Of a stretch of DNA of 64,000 nucleotides, positions 39,871 through 52,100 are shown one piece after another. Both the position numbers and the translations under genes were made by a program. Under the pieces are notes generated by a model that searched no databases, had not been told where the DNA came from, and worked only from the letters and a program-made list of their open reading frames with translations. How positions within the stretch are numbered: the first letter of the stretch is position 1; each line of letters begins with the position of its first letter. The DNA comes from Candidatus Kapaibacterium sp. (GTDB lineage: Bacteria; Bacteroidota; Ignavibacteria; Kapaibacteriales; UBA2268), in assembly GCA_963665665.1 (NCBI GenBank), contig OY762428.1:64001-128000 (forward strand), read 5' to 3'.

Positions 39871-41556
39871 ATGGGGAGTTTTCTCATAAAAAATATTTCA
39901 ATCTCAATATTATTATTATTGATATCAGCTGCTTTATTCTCATGTTCATCAATAACAAATGATAAAATTCAAAATACACTTCCGCAACCACCTTCTACTT
40001 CTGTTTCTGAAAATGTGGAAAAATTCAAACCCTGTATTTTGGAGTATCCCGGCAAGCCTGCCGGAAGCCCGGAGAGGGAAAATCTCGGGCCTGAAGTAAA
40101 TTCTAAGTGGGCAGAGTTGGTTCCGGTTATATCCGCTGATGGCAAAACTCTATATTTTGTTCGCGACGGCCATCCGTTGAACAAAGAGGGGGCAAGATAT
40201 TCCAAATCATCTCAGGATATATGGATATCAGAATTTAAAAACGGAATTTGGCAAAAAGCATACAATCCGGGATACCCATTGAATAATATATACCCCAACG
40301 GAGTCTACCACGTCAGCCCTGACGGGAACAGCTTGCTGCTAATGAATAAATATAATCGCGACGGTACTGCTGAAAATGGTGTTTCTAAATCTGTCAAGTT
40401 TTTCGAAAAGGATTATGACAAGTATTATTGGCTGTATCCAGAAGGGTTGGAAATTGATAATTTTTACAATTATTCTATATATGTTAGTGCAAATATATCT
40501 CAAGACGGAAAATTTTTGATAATGGCTCTGGAGCGAGGTGATAGCAGAGGAGAACTGGATATTTATATATCAAGGCATCTTAGTGGCAAAAAATGGAGCG
40601 AACCGGTAAATCTCGGAGATGTTGTGAATACTCCCGGTACTGAAGATACTCCACACCTCGCGGCTGATGGTAAAACCCTCTATTTCGCGAGCAACGGGCA
40701 TTGCACTTATGGAGAAAGCGACATATTTTTTACTAAAAGGCTTGATGATACCTGGAAGAACTGGAGCAAACCGGAAAACCTTGGCCCCGAAATTAACACT
40801 CCCTTAGTAGAAAGAGGATATTTCCTTGCTGCTAAAGGCGACTACGCTTATTTTAGTGCCGTACAGAAAAAATCTGATGGTAGTTCCGATATGGATATTT
40901 TTCGTGTTAAACTTCCGGAAAAAGTAAAACCCGAGCCTGTTTACCTTATTACCGGAATTGTTACCGACGCTGCTACAAAAAAGCCTATGGACGCGGCAAT
41001 AATATATGATGACCGCGAATCCGGAAAAGAACTCGGGGTTGCAACAACAAACCCTGCTACGGGTGAATACAAGATTGTATTGCCCGGAGGCAGGAAATAT
41101 GGAATCAGAGCCAGTGCGGAAGGATATCTTGCAATTAGTAAAAGCTTATCATCAGAAGGAATTAAGGAATACGAGGAAATAAATCTCGATCTGGCTTTGA
41201 ACCCGATTATTAAAAAGAAACCGGTTGTGCTTGAAAATATATATTTCGATACAGGAAAATTTATTCTCAGGCAGGAATCATATTATGAATTGAATAAACT
41301 GTTTGATTTTTTGCAGGAAAACCCGAAAGTTAAAGCCGAAATATCAGGGCATACCGATAACGTGGGCAGCGATCAGGATAATCTGGAATTATCGTCAAAC
41401 AGGGCTAAAGCCGTGGTAGAATACCTGTATTCGAAAGGAATTAACAGATCAAGGCTTCGCTATGCCGGTTACGGGGAATCGAGGCCGATAGCTGATAATA
41501 ACAGCGACGAGGGAAGGCAAAAGAACCGCAGGGTAGAATTGGAATTTATTGATTAA
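39871..41556 (+). CDS. OmpA-family lipoprotein with PD40 (WD40-like) repeats
   Basis: Lipobox LFSC; NLGPEVNS...P.ISADGKTLYF repeats; OmpA domain NIYFDTG...GHTDNVG...LS.NRA..V...GYGESRP...NRRVE. Confidence 0.9.
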   Translation: MGSFLIKNISISILLLLISAALFSCSSITNDKIQNTLPQPPSTSVSENVEKFKPCILEYPGKPAGSPERENLGPEVNSKWAELVPVISADGKTLYFVRDGHPLNKEGARYSKSSQDIWISEFKNGIWQKAYNPGYPLNNIYPNGVYHVSPDGNSLLLMNKYNRDGTAENGVSKSVKFFEKDYDKYYWLYPEGLEIDNFYNYSIYVSANISQDGKFLIMALERGDSRGELDIYISRHLSGKKWSEPVNLGDVVNTPGTEDTPHLAADGKTLYFASNGHCTYGESDIFFTKRLDDTWKNWSKPENLGPEINTPLVERGYFLAAKGDYAYFSAVQKKSDGSSDMDIFRVKLPEKVKPEPVYLITGIVTDAATKKPMDAAIIYDDRESGKELGVATTNPATGEYKIVLPGGRKYGIRASAEGYLAISKSLSSEGIKEYEEINLDLALNPIIKKKPVVLENIYFDTGKFILRQESYYELNKLFDFLQENPKVKAEISGHTDNVGSDQDNLELSSNRAKAVVEYLYSKGINRSRLRYAGYGESRPIADNNSDEGRQKNRRVELEFID

Positions 41557-41611
41557 ATAAGTGATTAGAATAATTATATTTAATATTTTTCAGAATATTT
41601 TGAGGTTATTT

Positions 41612-43747
41612 ATGAAACGTTTTACTTTAATTTTATGTTTGATATTCTTCGTTTCTATGGAACAGTCAATTTCTAAGGACTTTTTTTGGGTTAATCCTTT
41701 CCCAACATATCAGGATATTAAATCATCATTTTTTGTTGATGCTAACACAGGATATATTGGGGGTTCCAAGGGTTTTGTTATGAAAACAACGAATACCGGC
41801 GAGACATGGACTCAGCTTGCAACAAGTATTGGAGGAGATATTTTATCAATTTTCTTTGTTGATAGCAATACTGGTTTTTTTTCAGGAAGCATAGGAAAGT
41901 TATATAAAACAACCGACGGCGGAAATAGTTTTAGCAAACTAAATATTGATACAGAAAAAGATATTTGTGATATTTATTTTATCGACTCAAAAATTGGTTA
42001 TGTTGCTGGTTTTGACGGTGTTTTTAAGACTACTGATGGTGGAAACACCTGGGTTCTGATCAAAGATGCAAAGACATATAGAGTTTGGTTTATAAATGAA
42101 AGCGTTGGTTTCTATATAACTTCAAGTAATTTCCCATTAATTTATAAAACTACTGACGGTGGAGATACATGGGAAAAAAAAATAAAAGGCCGTTGGACTA
42201 TGTCAATGTATTTTACCGATGAAAATACCGGTTGGGTAGGTTCCTCTTACGGGAATTTTGCTTATACAACCGACCAGGGTGATACATGGGTTGAGAAGGA
42301 TGTAATTGACGGAGATATCAGGGATATTCATTTCTTTGACAAGGACAACGGAATTCTTAGTTGTGATGGCGGTAAGATTTATATGACAAAAAACGGGGGC
42401 GTCACTTGGACGGAAAAAACTTCTAATACTAATGCCGATCTCTGGGCTGTATGGTTTATTGATCAAAATAATGTTATAGCCGGTGGAAATTCAGGAGTTG
42501 TAACGATCAGCAACGATTGCGGTAAGAAATGGAAAGTAATTAATTCAGGCGTATCCGAAGAAATAATTAACGTAGAATTTTCAGGAAATAATACATGGGT
42601 ATTATTTAGTACCGGACTAAATCATGGTATTACCTCTATCAATCAGCTGAAAAGATCAACAGATAATGGCAAGAGTTGGGAAAATTTCAAAATTGGAAAT
42701 TCTATTTCAATATCATTCATTGACTTTATTGATGATAATCTTGGTTATGCCGTTGTTTATTGTGATAATGGAACTACTTTTCCTGATAAAAAAGTATTTG
42801 AAACAACAGACGGCGGAGCTAACTGGAAAGAATCGGAGACATTGTTGTTTCAGGAAAATTCAAATATATTTTTAATTAATAAATCTAAGGCACTGTCATT
42901 TTCAAATTATTCCGGTTATACCTATACAACTGACGGTGGAAATAACTGGAATAACATAACAGGGCTGGAAATTAGCTGGCAATATGATTTTCAGGATTTA
43001 TTCTTTCTGGATGATAACAACGGATGGATAATTAGCGACGAAGGAATATTTTTTACATCTGACGGCGGAGCTAATTGGGAAAACATTTCTTCCCGTGAAG
43101 GAGGAATGATAAGATTTTTTAATAAAGACGAAGGTATAGTTATTAACGGGGAATATTCCGGTGACGGGGAAATATTTTATACTGACGACGGCGGTTATAG
43201 CTGGGCAAAAGTTATTGATGATCTTTCCTACCTTACTTGTATTGAAATTATTGAAGGTAAAGCCTATGCAAGGGCAGGTTCTGGCATGCTAACAAGCCAG
43301 GATAACGGTATTACCTGGGTATTAGAATACAATCTGCATTGCAACAATAAGCTTGAAAAAATATACGGTGTTAAAAAAAGTAATATTTTTGTTAGTGGTA
43401 AAAAAGGCACTTTGTTGTCTAACAATCAATATGAAAGGCCCGGTAATGAGATACTGGTTGGGGTAAATGAAGAAAATATTCAATCACCAAAAAAGGAAAA
43501 TAATTTAAGTGTTTTTCCGAATCCTGCCGGAAATATTTTAAATATTTATTCTCTTTCTCAAAATTCAAATATTAGTCGTATTGAAATTTTTGATTGCAGG
43601 GGAAATCTTGTAAATACGGTATCTGATATTTCTATGGAAAAAGGTGTTATCACAATAGATATTGCCAATTTTAAAAATGGAAGTTATTATTTAAAAACTG
43701 TTTCCAAAAAAGGGAACGAATATATTAATTTTATTATTTATCACTAA
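41612..43747 (+). CDS. Secreted YCF48/BNR-repeat beta-propeller protein with T9SS-type C-terminal domain
   Basis: Many F.D...G...G....KTTDGG.TW repeats; VFPNPA...NGSYYLK...FIIYH; start moved to MKRFTLIL. Confidence 0.82.
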   Translation: MKRFTLILCLIFFVSMEQSISKDFFWVNPFPTYQDIKSSFFVDANTGYIGGSKGFVMKTTNTGETWTQLATSIGGDILSIFFVDSNTGFFSGSIGKLYKTTDGGNSFSKLNIDTEKDICDIYFIDSKIGYVAGFDGVFKTTDGGNTWVLIKDAKTYRVWFINESVGFYITSSNFPLIYKTTDGGDTWEKKIKGRWTMSMYFTDENTGWVGSSYGNFAYTTDQGDTWVEKDVIDGDIRDIHFFDKDNGILSCDGGKIYMTKNGGVTWTEKTSNTNADLWAVWFIDQNNVIAGGNSGVVTISNDCGKKWKVINSGVSEEIINVEFSGNNTWVLFSTGLNHGITSINQLKRSTDNGKSWENFKIGNSISISFIDFIDDNLGYAVVYCDNGTTFPDKKVFETTDGGANWKESETLLFQENSNIFLINKSKALSFSNYSGYTYTTDGGNNWNNITGLEISWQYDFQDLFFLDDNNGWIISDEGIFFTSDGGANWENISSREGGMIRFFNKDEGIVINGEYSGDGEIFYTDDGGYSWAKVIDDLSYLTCIEIIEGKAYARAGSGMLTSQDNGITWVLEYNLHCNNKLEKIYGVKKSNIFVSGKKGTLLSNNQYERPGNEILVGVNEENIQSPKKENNLSVFPNPAGNILNIYSLSQNSNISRIEIFDCRGNLVNTVSDISMEKGVITIDIANFKNGSYYLKTVSKKGNEYINFIIYH

Positions 43748-43762
43748 TTTTTGGGGTTTATA

Positions 43763-44251
43763 ATGTTTAACAAATTTTTGTTATTCCTTGTACTTGCAGT
43801 TTCATTAACATTTATTTCATGTAGCGACGATGATGATAACGGAACCAACAGCTCATCCGGTTATTCAATGACGGCCAAAGTTGACGGTAGTAACTGGGAA
43901 TCAATATCTGCTGTAATGAGTGCAATTAACACACAGGCCGGCCTTGTTATTACAGGATCGACTAATACTTCCGGCAGTGATGTAATATCTCTTACTATTC
44001 CAAGTTATGACGGCAGCACTGGCGAATTCACTGTTGGCGGAATGACTAATCTGAATTATGCCACATACCTTGAATCTGGTTCGAATGCATACGTAACATT
44101 GATGAGAGCCGAGGCTTCAGGAGTAATAAATATTACAGAAGCATCGGATGGAACTATTAAAGGAACATTCAATTTCAATGCTTTTAATACAGGCGGGGAA
44201 GAAGTAAATGTAACTGACGGGAAATTTAATATGAAAATAATCTCCCAATAA
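43763..44251 (+). CDS. Lipoprotein (DUF6252-like)
   Basis: Lipobox FISC followed by SDDDD; MTAKVDG..W and IKGTFNFNA...VTDGKF motifs. Confidence 0.65.
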   Translation: MFNKFLLFLVLAVSLTFISCSDDDDNGTNSSSGYSMTAKVDGSNWESISAVMSAINTQAGLVITGSTNTSGSDVISLTIPSYDGSTGEFTVGGMTNLNYATYLESGSNAYVTLMRAEASGVINITEASDGTIKGTFNFNAFNTGGEEVNVTDGKFNMKIISQ

Positions 44252-44262
44252 TATAATTATTA

Positions 44263-44290
44263 CGGCAGCCTGAAAATGGCTGCCGCTTTT
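44263..44290 (+). terminator. Intrinsic terminator
   Basis: CGGCAGCC-tgaaaat-GGCTGCCG followed by CTTTT. Confidence 0.7.
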
Positions 44291-44313
44291 CTAAAATTTA
44301 ATTTCGGGTTATT

Positions 44314-45564
44314 ATGAAAATTTCAACAAACATATTAAAACTATTCTTAGGCTTTTTAGTATTTTTCCAGGCAGGAAATTTATTTTCAAATATTGTAATC
44401 CCTGAACAACCAACACAATGCTGGGAATTTGCCAACCCTGCCGTAAGAATTATTGCCGGGGATATCGATACCGACGATGTTGATGATTTCACTCTGAAAA
44501 TATCCGGCAAGCCTGATATAACTATTACCGACCGGATTATCAATGATACTGAAAACGGCCAGAAAGAAATATTGCTGATATTATCCAAACTTCCTGCAGG
44601 CGTTTACAACTACGAACTGACTGCCGACGGCGACCAATATTCTGGCAAACTTGAAATATTTGCCCTTCCTGCTAAGTTTATGACTTTTGCAAAATCTATG
44701 CTGCAATTTACTGCCTTTTACGATACAAAAATATTTCTTGAATTCGACAATGCTTTAAAACCTTTCGACAGTCAGAGGAATTATCGAATAAAGCTAAACG
44801 CGGAAGGACTCGGACAGGCCGAATCTATAATAGGTTTAAACACAAGATATATTGATGATCTAACAATATCTCCGCTGGATAAGGATTTAAACCTAAAACT
44901 TGAATGGATGCAGCCATATACCGGAAAAACTTATGAGTTTTTCAGTATTTCGCAGCCTGTTCAGGCTCATGCTCCGGAAGTTAATTCAAGATTGATGTAT
45001 ACCAGCTTTACTCAGCGAGGAAATAAGACGATTATAAAAGTTGATAATATCAAAGTTAATTGGAAGTTCAATTCACCTGAAGATGATAATTTAACCGGAA
45101 GCAGTATACTTAACAATGCAGACCCGTTAATTGTAGATAAAATCCGGCAACTTATAAGATCCGGAGATAAGCAGTCGAAAATCTACAAGATTATCAGCGC
45201 CGAATTTGGAAGAATACCTGATAACCTGCCCGAGATTGTTGAGGAAATTTACAAAGAGGAGCGCGGCATTAAGAAGAAAGACAACGGGTATGATCTGAAA
45301 ATAAAAATTGCCAATATCTTCGTCAGAGAGGGCGAAGTTGAAATTAGTCCGGCAAATTACAGCATCTTTGAAACCGGTCCGGACGAATACGGAATAGATA
45401 TTGCTATTGACAATTCCTATATAAATGACAACGGCAAGATAAGAGCCGACCTTCAGATAGCTATCGAAGCTTCATGCGTCAAAAAAGACAACGGAGTAAA
45501 ATCTGCGGTAATCAAAAAAATACTGCCGATAATTGTAGTTTTCAATTTGAAGCCGGGCGAGTAA
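44314..45564 (+). CDS. Hypothetical secreted protein
   Basis: 416-aa ORF with signal-peptide-like N-terminus, co-oriented with neighbours; no motif recognised. Confidence 0.6.
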   Translation: MKISTNILKLFLGFLVFFQAGNLFSNIVIPEQPTQCWEFANPAVRIIAGDIDTDDVDDFTLKISGKPDITITDRIINDTENGQKEILLILSKLPAGVYNYELTADGDQYSGKLEIFALPAKFMTFAKSMLQFTAFYDTKIFLEFDNALKPFDSQRNYRIKLNAEGLGQAESIIGLNTRYIDDLTISPLDKDLNLKLEWMQPYTGKTYEFFSISQPVQAHAPEVNSRLMYTSFTQRGNKTIIKVDNIKVNWKFNSPEDDNLTGSSILNNADPLIVDKIRQLIRSGDKQSKIYKIISAEFGRIPDNLPEIVEEIYKEERGIKKKDNGYDLKIKIANIFVREGEVEISPANYSIFETGPDEYGIDIAIDNSYINDNGKIRADLQIAIEASCVKKDNGVKSAVIKKILPIIVVFNLKPGE

Positions 45565-45603
45565 TTTTTTATCAAAAAATAATTATAAATATTTAGGTGA
45601 ACT

Positions 45604-46098
45604 ATGAAATATATAAAAATTCTATTTGTTTTAGTTGCATGTGTATTTGCTTCTTGTTCTTTCCCTGTTCATAAATACGAGTTAAGAACAAATTGTTCTG
45701 AGGATGCCTCCCGAATTTTCAAACTTGTCGAGCAGGATTTAACATTGAATGATTTTAAAATTGTTGAATCTGATCCAGCATCAGGATTTTTGAAAGCTGT
45801 TTTTACTAATGAAGGAAATCCTCTTGCTTCTGCGGATTTCTTAGGTATCACTAAAGCTGCCGGAATTAGCGTTGAGATAGAAATTTCCTGGATCATAAAT
45901 TATCGAAATGGTAAGATTTCGGCAATGTGTCACTTTATCAGATATAAAAAGGCTCTTGGAGAAAAGAATGTGTCAAAGGAAATTTATTGTGACGACGATA
46001 TTTCAACAAAATATTCCTGGTATTGGGATGTTAGAAATAAACTGGCTTCTCTGTGTGGAGGAAATATACAGATAGTAGAAATTGAAAACGGGAAATAA
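45604..46098 (+). CDS. Hypothetical lipoprotein
   Basis: Lipobox VFASC; AGGTGA RBS-like motif upstream. Confidence 0.65.
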   Translation: MKYIKILFVLVACVFASCSFPVHKYELRTNCSEDASRIFKLVEQDLTLNDFKIVESDPASGFLKAVFTNEGNPLASADFLGITKAAGISVEIEISWIINYRNGKISAMCHFIRYKKALGEKNVSKEIYCDDDISTKYSWYWDVRNKLASLCGGNIQIVEIENGK

Positions 46099-46100
46099 TT

Positions 46101-46961
46101 ATGAGAATATTAATTATCATTTTCACTTTCTTTACGTTTTCAGCAGCTTTTTCGCAGGATATGGTGCTGTATAGAGCAGAATTGAATTCTGATGGGCGAA
46201 TTATTGAAGTGCTTGACCAACCAAATGGCAGGGTATATTTTAAATTACCTGATGGGCAGGAAGTCTATGTAATTTTTGAAAAAGATAATTGGGCAAAGAT
46301 TGAAACCCGACGCCATACCAAAGGATGGATACCAAGGAGGTTTCTGAAAAGATTACCTGCTTCTTACCGTTTCACTGAAGAATTATTTGCTATGAAGGTT
46401 AAGAAAGTCGAATCATTGCCCAAAAGGCCAGCAGTTCAAATTGGTGGACGTGTATCGTATAACGCATCTTCTCTAAGAAATGACGACCATTTGCGAAACC
46501 GAACAACGATATCCGGAGGCTTAACCTTACAATTAAATTTCAATGATAAAACAGCTCTTCAACTTGAGGCTCTGTATAAGCCATTAGGAGCACACGGAAA
46601 AATGAAATCGGTTGATCTTGAAGATGCAAACTTTAAGCTTAATTATATTGCTATGCCATTAACTCTGAAAAATTCAGCCAAACTACTTGGTGGAAATGTT
46701 TATAGCGAATTAGGCGGAAGTGTTCTCTATCTGTTAGATAATGAAGTAACACTTAACAGGGAGCAGGTTGATGTTGACGAATCGGTTTTTAACAAAATTG
46801 ATTATGGTGTAATGTTGGGTATGGGAATTTGTAAAAAGCAATATCATTTCGGATTGAGATTCTATTACGGATTGAACAATGTGTTCGATAAATCGGATTT
46901 CCCCGAAACCAAAAACCTGTACATGACATTGAACTTTGGTTATTTTCTTTTAAACTTGTAG
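46101..46961 (+). CDS. SH3-like domain fused to a porin-family outer-membrane beta-barrel
   Basis: WAKIETRRHTKGWIP SH3-like motif; LQLEALY...LNYIAMP...DYGVMLGMG...RFYYGLNNV...FGYFL barrel pattern. Confidence 0.7.
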   Translation: MRILIIIFTFFTFSAAFSQDMVLYRAELNSDGRIIEVLDQPNGRVYFKLPDGQEVYVIFEKDNWAKIETRRHTKGWIPRRFLKRLPASYRFTEELFAMKVKKVESLPKRPAVQIGGRVSYNASSLRNDDHLRNRTTISGGLTLQLNFNDKTALQLEALYKPLGAHGKMKSVDLEDANFKLNYIAMPLTLKNSAKLLGGNVYSELGGSVLYLLDNEVTLNREQVDVDESVFNKIDYGVMLGMGICKKQYHFGLRFYYGLNNVFDKSDFPETKNLYMTLNFGYFLLNL

Positions 46962-46969
46962 GATAGCAA

Positions 46970-47323
46970 ATGAAATATTCAAAATATTTTTTATTTTTAA
47001 TTCTTGCCCTAAGTTTTACTTCTTGCTTTAATTCTGCAAAAATCCAGCGGGACAACAAGGCATTCAAATTGTATATGGATTCATGGCTCGGAGCTCATAT
47101 TTCTGAGGTGCAATTAGCAGAAAACTGGGGCCCGCCCACATCTGTATATGATGATGGCAAAGGTGGAGAAATATATAGTTTCAGACGTTCAATTTCTGAT
47201 GTTTATGTCAGGGAAACCTGGCTTGGCAATTATAAATTAGTAGATAATAGCAGAACGGATTTCTGGGAGTTCTATACAAACGGCTACGGTATTATAATCG
47301 AATACCGTTATGGCAGCGAATAA
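46970..47323 (+). CDS. Small hypothetical lipoprotein
   Basis: Lipobox FTSC; SWLG..ISEV...WGPP...DGKGGEIY motif. Confidence 0.62.
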   Translation: MKYSKYFLFLILALSFTSCFNSAKIQRDNKAFKLYMDSWLGAHISEVQLAENWGPPTSVYDDGKGGEIYSFRRSISDVYVRETWLGNYKLVDNSRTDFWEFYTNGYGIIIEYRYGSE

Positions 47324-47341
47324 ATATAATCTGCGTTGAAT

Positions 47342-47380
47342 ATCCTTCTGCTTTAATTCTCTATAGCGGAAGGATTTTTT
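47342..47380 (+). terminator. Intrinsic terminator
   Basis: ATCCTTCTGCT...AGCGGAAGGAT followed by a T-run. Confidence 0.65.
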
Positions 47381-47488
47381 ATAATAATCCTTTCTTTCCG
47401 GATTATCCATGAACTTTTATGCAATTATAGACGATAAATGATATTTAATTTTTAATCAATCATTATTGTATTCTGTAAAGGAACCAAT

Positions 47489-48810
47489 ATAAAACTCTTA
47501 ACAAAAATTAGTTCAATTATTGCCTGTCTTTTTGTATTACATGTCTATGTACGAGCGCAAAGCGCGGATGAAGAATGGAATAAACTGAATGAGGATGCTT
47601 ATGAACTTTACAGTGCAAAAAAGTATGACAGCGCTCTTGTATCGGCGCAGATAGTTCTTGATTTTGCCGAAGAGAATTTCGGGCCTGAGCATCCTAATGT
47701 GGCTGCCAGCCTGGATATATTTGCTCAGATTTACTTTGCACAGGGCGATTATCCCAAAGCTGAGTCCTTCTATAAGCGTTCACTGGCCGTCTTTGATAAG
47801 GCTCTTGGCCCGGAACATCCCGAGGTAGCCATAAGCCTGAATAATCTCGGGTATCTGTATTTTGTCCAGGGCAATTATATTGCTGCCGAACCACTCTACA
47901 AACGTTCGCTGGCCATTAATGAAAAGGCCAATGGCCCTGAGCATCCTAAAGTGGCAACAAGCCTTTTCAACCTTGCTTTGCTATACTACAAACAAAAAAA
48001 GTATGACATCGCAGAACCACTCTACAAACGTTCCATGAGAATCAGAGAGAAGGCTCTCGGCCCGGAACATCGGGATTTGGCGAGGAGCCTGAACAGCCTT
48101 GGATTGGTTTGCTTTCACCAGAAAAAATATAGCGATGGAGAGATATACTATCAACATTCATTGACAATTCTTGAAAAGATAGTCGGCCCGGAACATCCGG
48201 ATGTGGCAATGAGCCTTAATAATCTTGCAGAGCTTTACGCTGCCCAAAGCAACTATGCAAAATCTGAGGAATTTTACAAACGTGCTCTAAAAATCAGGGA
48301 AAAGATTCTCCGCCCGAACCACCCGGATATTGCAACAAGCCTGAATAACCTTGCTGTTCTTTACTATAACCAGGGCGATTACAAAAGTGCAACGCCTCTG
48401 TACCAGCGTTCTCTGATGATTATGGAACAGGTGCTTGGCCCTGAACATCCCGATCTGGCAACAAGTCATAACAATCTGGCTCAGCTCTACGCTGCTCAGG
48501 GTGATTACGAGAATGCGGAAAAGCTCTACAAACGTTCCTCGCTGTAAGAGAAAAAGTATTTGGACCTGATAATTATATCGTGTCCCTAAGCTTGAATAAT
48601 CTGGCGGGACTTTATTACTCGCAAAGCGATTTTGATAAAGCAGAGCCGCTTTTCAAGCGTTCACTCTCTATCAGGGAAAAGGTTCTCGGCCCCGACCATC
48701 CTGATGTAGCAAAAATTCTAAAGAATATTGCGGCTTTGTATAGGGCAACCGGCCGTGTTTCGGAGGCTGATGAATTGGAACAGCGGGCAGATAAAATTCT
48801 GGAGAAATGA
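47489..48810 (+). pseudogene. Kinesin-light-chain-type TPR protein, disrupted (ATA start and 1-bp frameshift)
   Basis: 42-aa GPEHP.VA.SLNNLA.LY..QG.Y..AEPLYKRSL repeats. The frame extends upstream to ATA at 47489 with a signal-like peptide and AAGGA RBS. At ~48538 one base is missing (CGT TCC TCG CTG TAA versus expected CGT TCC CTC GCT GTA AGA) and the repeats resume in another frame. Confidence 0.8.
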
Positions 48811-49173
48811 AATTTGATAAAAGTAGATAAACGCTTGCTTCTTCGGGCAGCAAAACTTATATTGTTAGGGGCAAGTATAATTATAAGGCTTAAAAAACCG
48901 TTCTTAATTATTTCCTACTTCTTCAAATGCTATACAAACCACATTTGAAAAGAATTAAATAATTGAATCTAAAGAATTTGGATTAGTGATTTCATTATAA
49001 AATTTACTATAGTTTTTCAAAAATTATAATTATCAAACACCTTGTTATCTTTTCATCCACCCAAAAATTTTTGTAAATTAGATTAAGTGGAATTTAATCC
49101 TTATGATATATCTTCCAAAGGATTTAGGTATTTTGGATGCGTTGTAAAATGAAACGAAGAACCAGAGGAACAG

Positions 49174-52100
49174 ATGAAAAAAGCAATCATTACATTATTA
49201 CTCCTGCTGCCAATTGCTGCGCAGGCACAATCATTTATAGTTTTTGATATTGACGACACAAACTTTCCTGTAATGCGTGCAAAGTTCTTTGCCTTTGATG
49301 ATTATGGCAAACAACTCAGCAACCTTACCACTTCCGATTTTGAAATTATGGAAAATGGCGAACTGAGGGATGTGATTAGCGTATCATGCCCGGAAACAAA
49401 AGAAGCCCTTGCTATTTCTTCCGTACTGACAATTGATGTATCAGGTTCCATGACTGAGGGAATGAAATTAAATATTGCTAAAGAAGCTGGAAAAGCCTGG
49501 ATTTATGGCCTGCCCCTCGGAAAATCAGAATGTGCAATTACCGCCTTTGACACAAAAAACTATATGCTTCAGGATTTTACAACAAACAGAACAAGACTTA
49601 TAGAAAAATTAAATTCCTTATCGGCAGATGGAGCCACCGATTTTGATGCAGGATTTATAAATCAAATGTCAGGTGCTTTAATTGTTTCAGAAAAGGGTAA
49701 ATATAAAAAGCTTGTAATACTTGTTACTGACGGTTTTGCTGATGGAAATGAAACTGCAATAATTCAAAAAGCTAATGAAATTGGTGCAGCCGTTTACTGT
49801 GTTACAATTGGATTTGAATGCCCTGATGTTTTGAAAAATATTGCCGAACAAACCGGCGGACAATGGTTTGAAAATATCACCTCGGTTGAACAAGCCAAAG
49901 AAACTTATTTGAAAATTCTACAAATCTCCCAGGAAATCGATCCCTGTGAAATTGAGTGGAAAAGCGGAGGTTGTGATTTTGATAAGGAATTTATTGTAAC
50001 GATTCCCGGACAGAGCTTACAAACACAACTTACTTACAAAGTAAATCCTACAGTTCTTCCTCATTTTGAATTTATTCCGTCATCGACCATTCGTTTTGGA
50101 GCTGTTGAACCGGAAACAGGTTTAACTAAGAATGTTAAAATAACTGCTATGGTTGACGATATAATTATTCACGAGGTAAAGACAAATAACAATGAATTTA
50201 AAGTTGTAGATTTTGGAGGCTCGAACCCGCCTTTTACTCTAAATATTGGACAATCCAGAGATTTGGCCATTGAGTTTACCCCATCTGACTCATCAATGCA
50301 ATTCGCAAAAATTGAGCTTGAAAGTAATGCATGTTCCGGCAGGTTCCTTTATTGCAGCGGAGGATACAGAGGAGTAGCTCTAACCAAACCTACACTGAAA
50401 TTAACACACCCAAACGGAGGTGAAGTATTTGTTGCCGGAAGCGATACTATAATAACTTGGGATGGAATTTTGCCTGAGGAAACAGTTCAGATTGAATTCA
50501 GTTCCGATAATGGATTAAACTGGGACACACTTTCCAATAACTCATATAGTCTAAAAGAAATCTGGAATAAAATTGATAAGGTCAGCAGTGATGAATGCCT
50601 GGTAAAAGTAAAACAATTTGGCGATACATCGTTAGCGGAATCGGAGACAATCACACTTGAAGGACATTTCGACCCTGTTTACAGCGTGTGTTACAGCCCG
50701 GACGGCAGTATGATTGCCAGTGGTAGCAGCGACGGAACAATAAAAATTTGGAACATGGAAACAGGTTCTGAAATAAGAACTATAGAAGCTCATTATTATG
50801 ATGTGAATAGTTTGTGTTACAGTACTGATGGCAGCAGGCTCGCCAGCGGCAGTGGAGACGGAAGGATCAAGATTTGGGATCCATATACGGGTACGATGAT
50901 AAAGATGTTTCCTTTACAATCAGGCGGTGTCAAAGCTATCTGTTACAGTCCGGACGGTAAACAAATAGCCAGTGGAAATGATGATAATGAAATCAAAATT
51001 CTTGATTCTGAAACAGGAGATGAAATCAGAGTAATTGAAGGAGAGAATTACAATTATGGAATATTTAGTATCTGTTATAGTCCTGATGGCAAAAGAATTT
51101 CCAGCGGTGGTGAGGATAAGAAGGTAAGAATATGGGATGTAAATACAAGTGAAGAAATTAATACTTTCCACGGACATAGCGGTTTTGTTAAAAGTGTAAG
51201 TTACAATCCTGACGGCAGCAGGATTGCCAGCAGCAGTAATGATAGAACAATTAATATTTACGATGCCAATACGGGAGTAATATTAAAAACACTATCGGGA
51301 CATAGCTCATATGTACAAAGTGTAAGTTACAGTCCGGATGGCAGCAGGATTGCCAGTGGAGGGTATGATGACCTTATCAGGTTATGGGAATCCAACTCCG
51401 GAGAGGAAATTAAAACTCTTTCCGGCCATTCAGATTACATTCGCTGCCTATGCTACAGTCCGGATGGCAGGAGTATTGCCAGTGGAAGCGGGGACGGAAC
51501 AATTAAGATTTGGGATGTTTCAAAATCAATTTTACAGGAAGATCAATCTGATGCCGTTTTTTCTATAGTCATCCCACAGGCTGAAGCACGAAGCATAGAT
51601 ATGGGTAGGGAAATTGTGGGCGAGATGAAGGATTCTCTTTTCGTAGATTTTGTTGTTAATACCGGATCGTATAAGGTAAGGATAGATTCAATATATTTCA
51701 CCGGGGCTGAAGCTGGGGCATTTACGCAGGTTTCAGCATTTCCCGTTTACGAAATTGATGTGGATAAGGCGCAATCCACAGAGTTCAGGTTTATACCAAA
51801 CCGTGTAGGTCTTCATACTGCAAAGCTGAATATAATAACACAGGCTGAAACCCTGGAATATGATATTACTGGCATTGGCGAGGATAGGAAATTGCAGCTT
51901 GCCTGCGAAATCCTTGATTTCGGAGAAGTAGAAATGAGCAATGAAAAAGTAATCTCTGATACTGTCCTTATCAGAAATGTGACCAACCAGCAAATTGATA
52001 TTACAGGTATCAGCCAGCTTGGGCCGGATATGGAGCAGTTCCATATTATCAGCGGCGGCGAGCCTTTTACTCTTGCCCCGAGCGGCGACCACAAAATGAC

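Noticed and set aside
50660-51520. Similar DNA repeats in the WD40 region as a diversity-generating template/variable pair
   Set aside because: Ordinary in-frame WD40 repeats; no reverse transcriptase and no adenine-specific mismatch pattern was seen.
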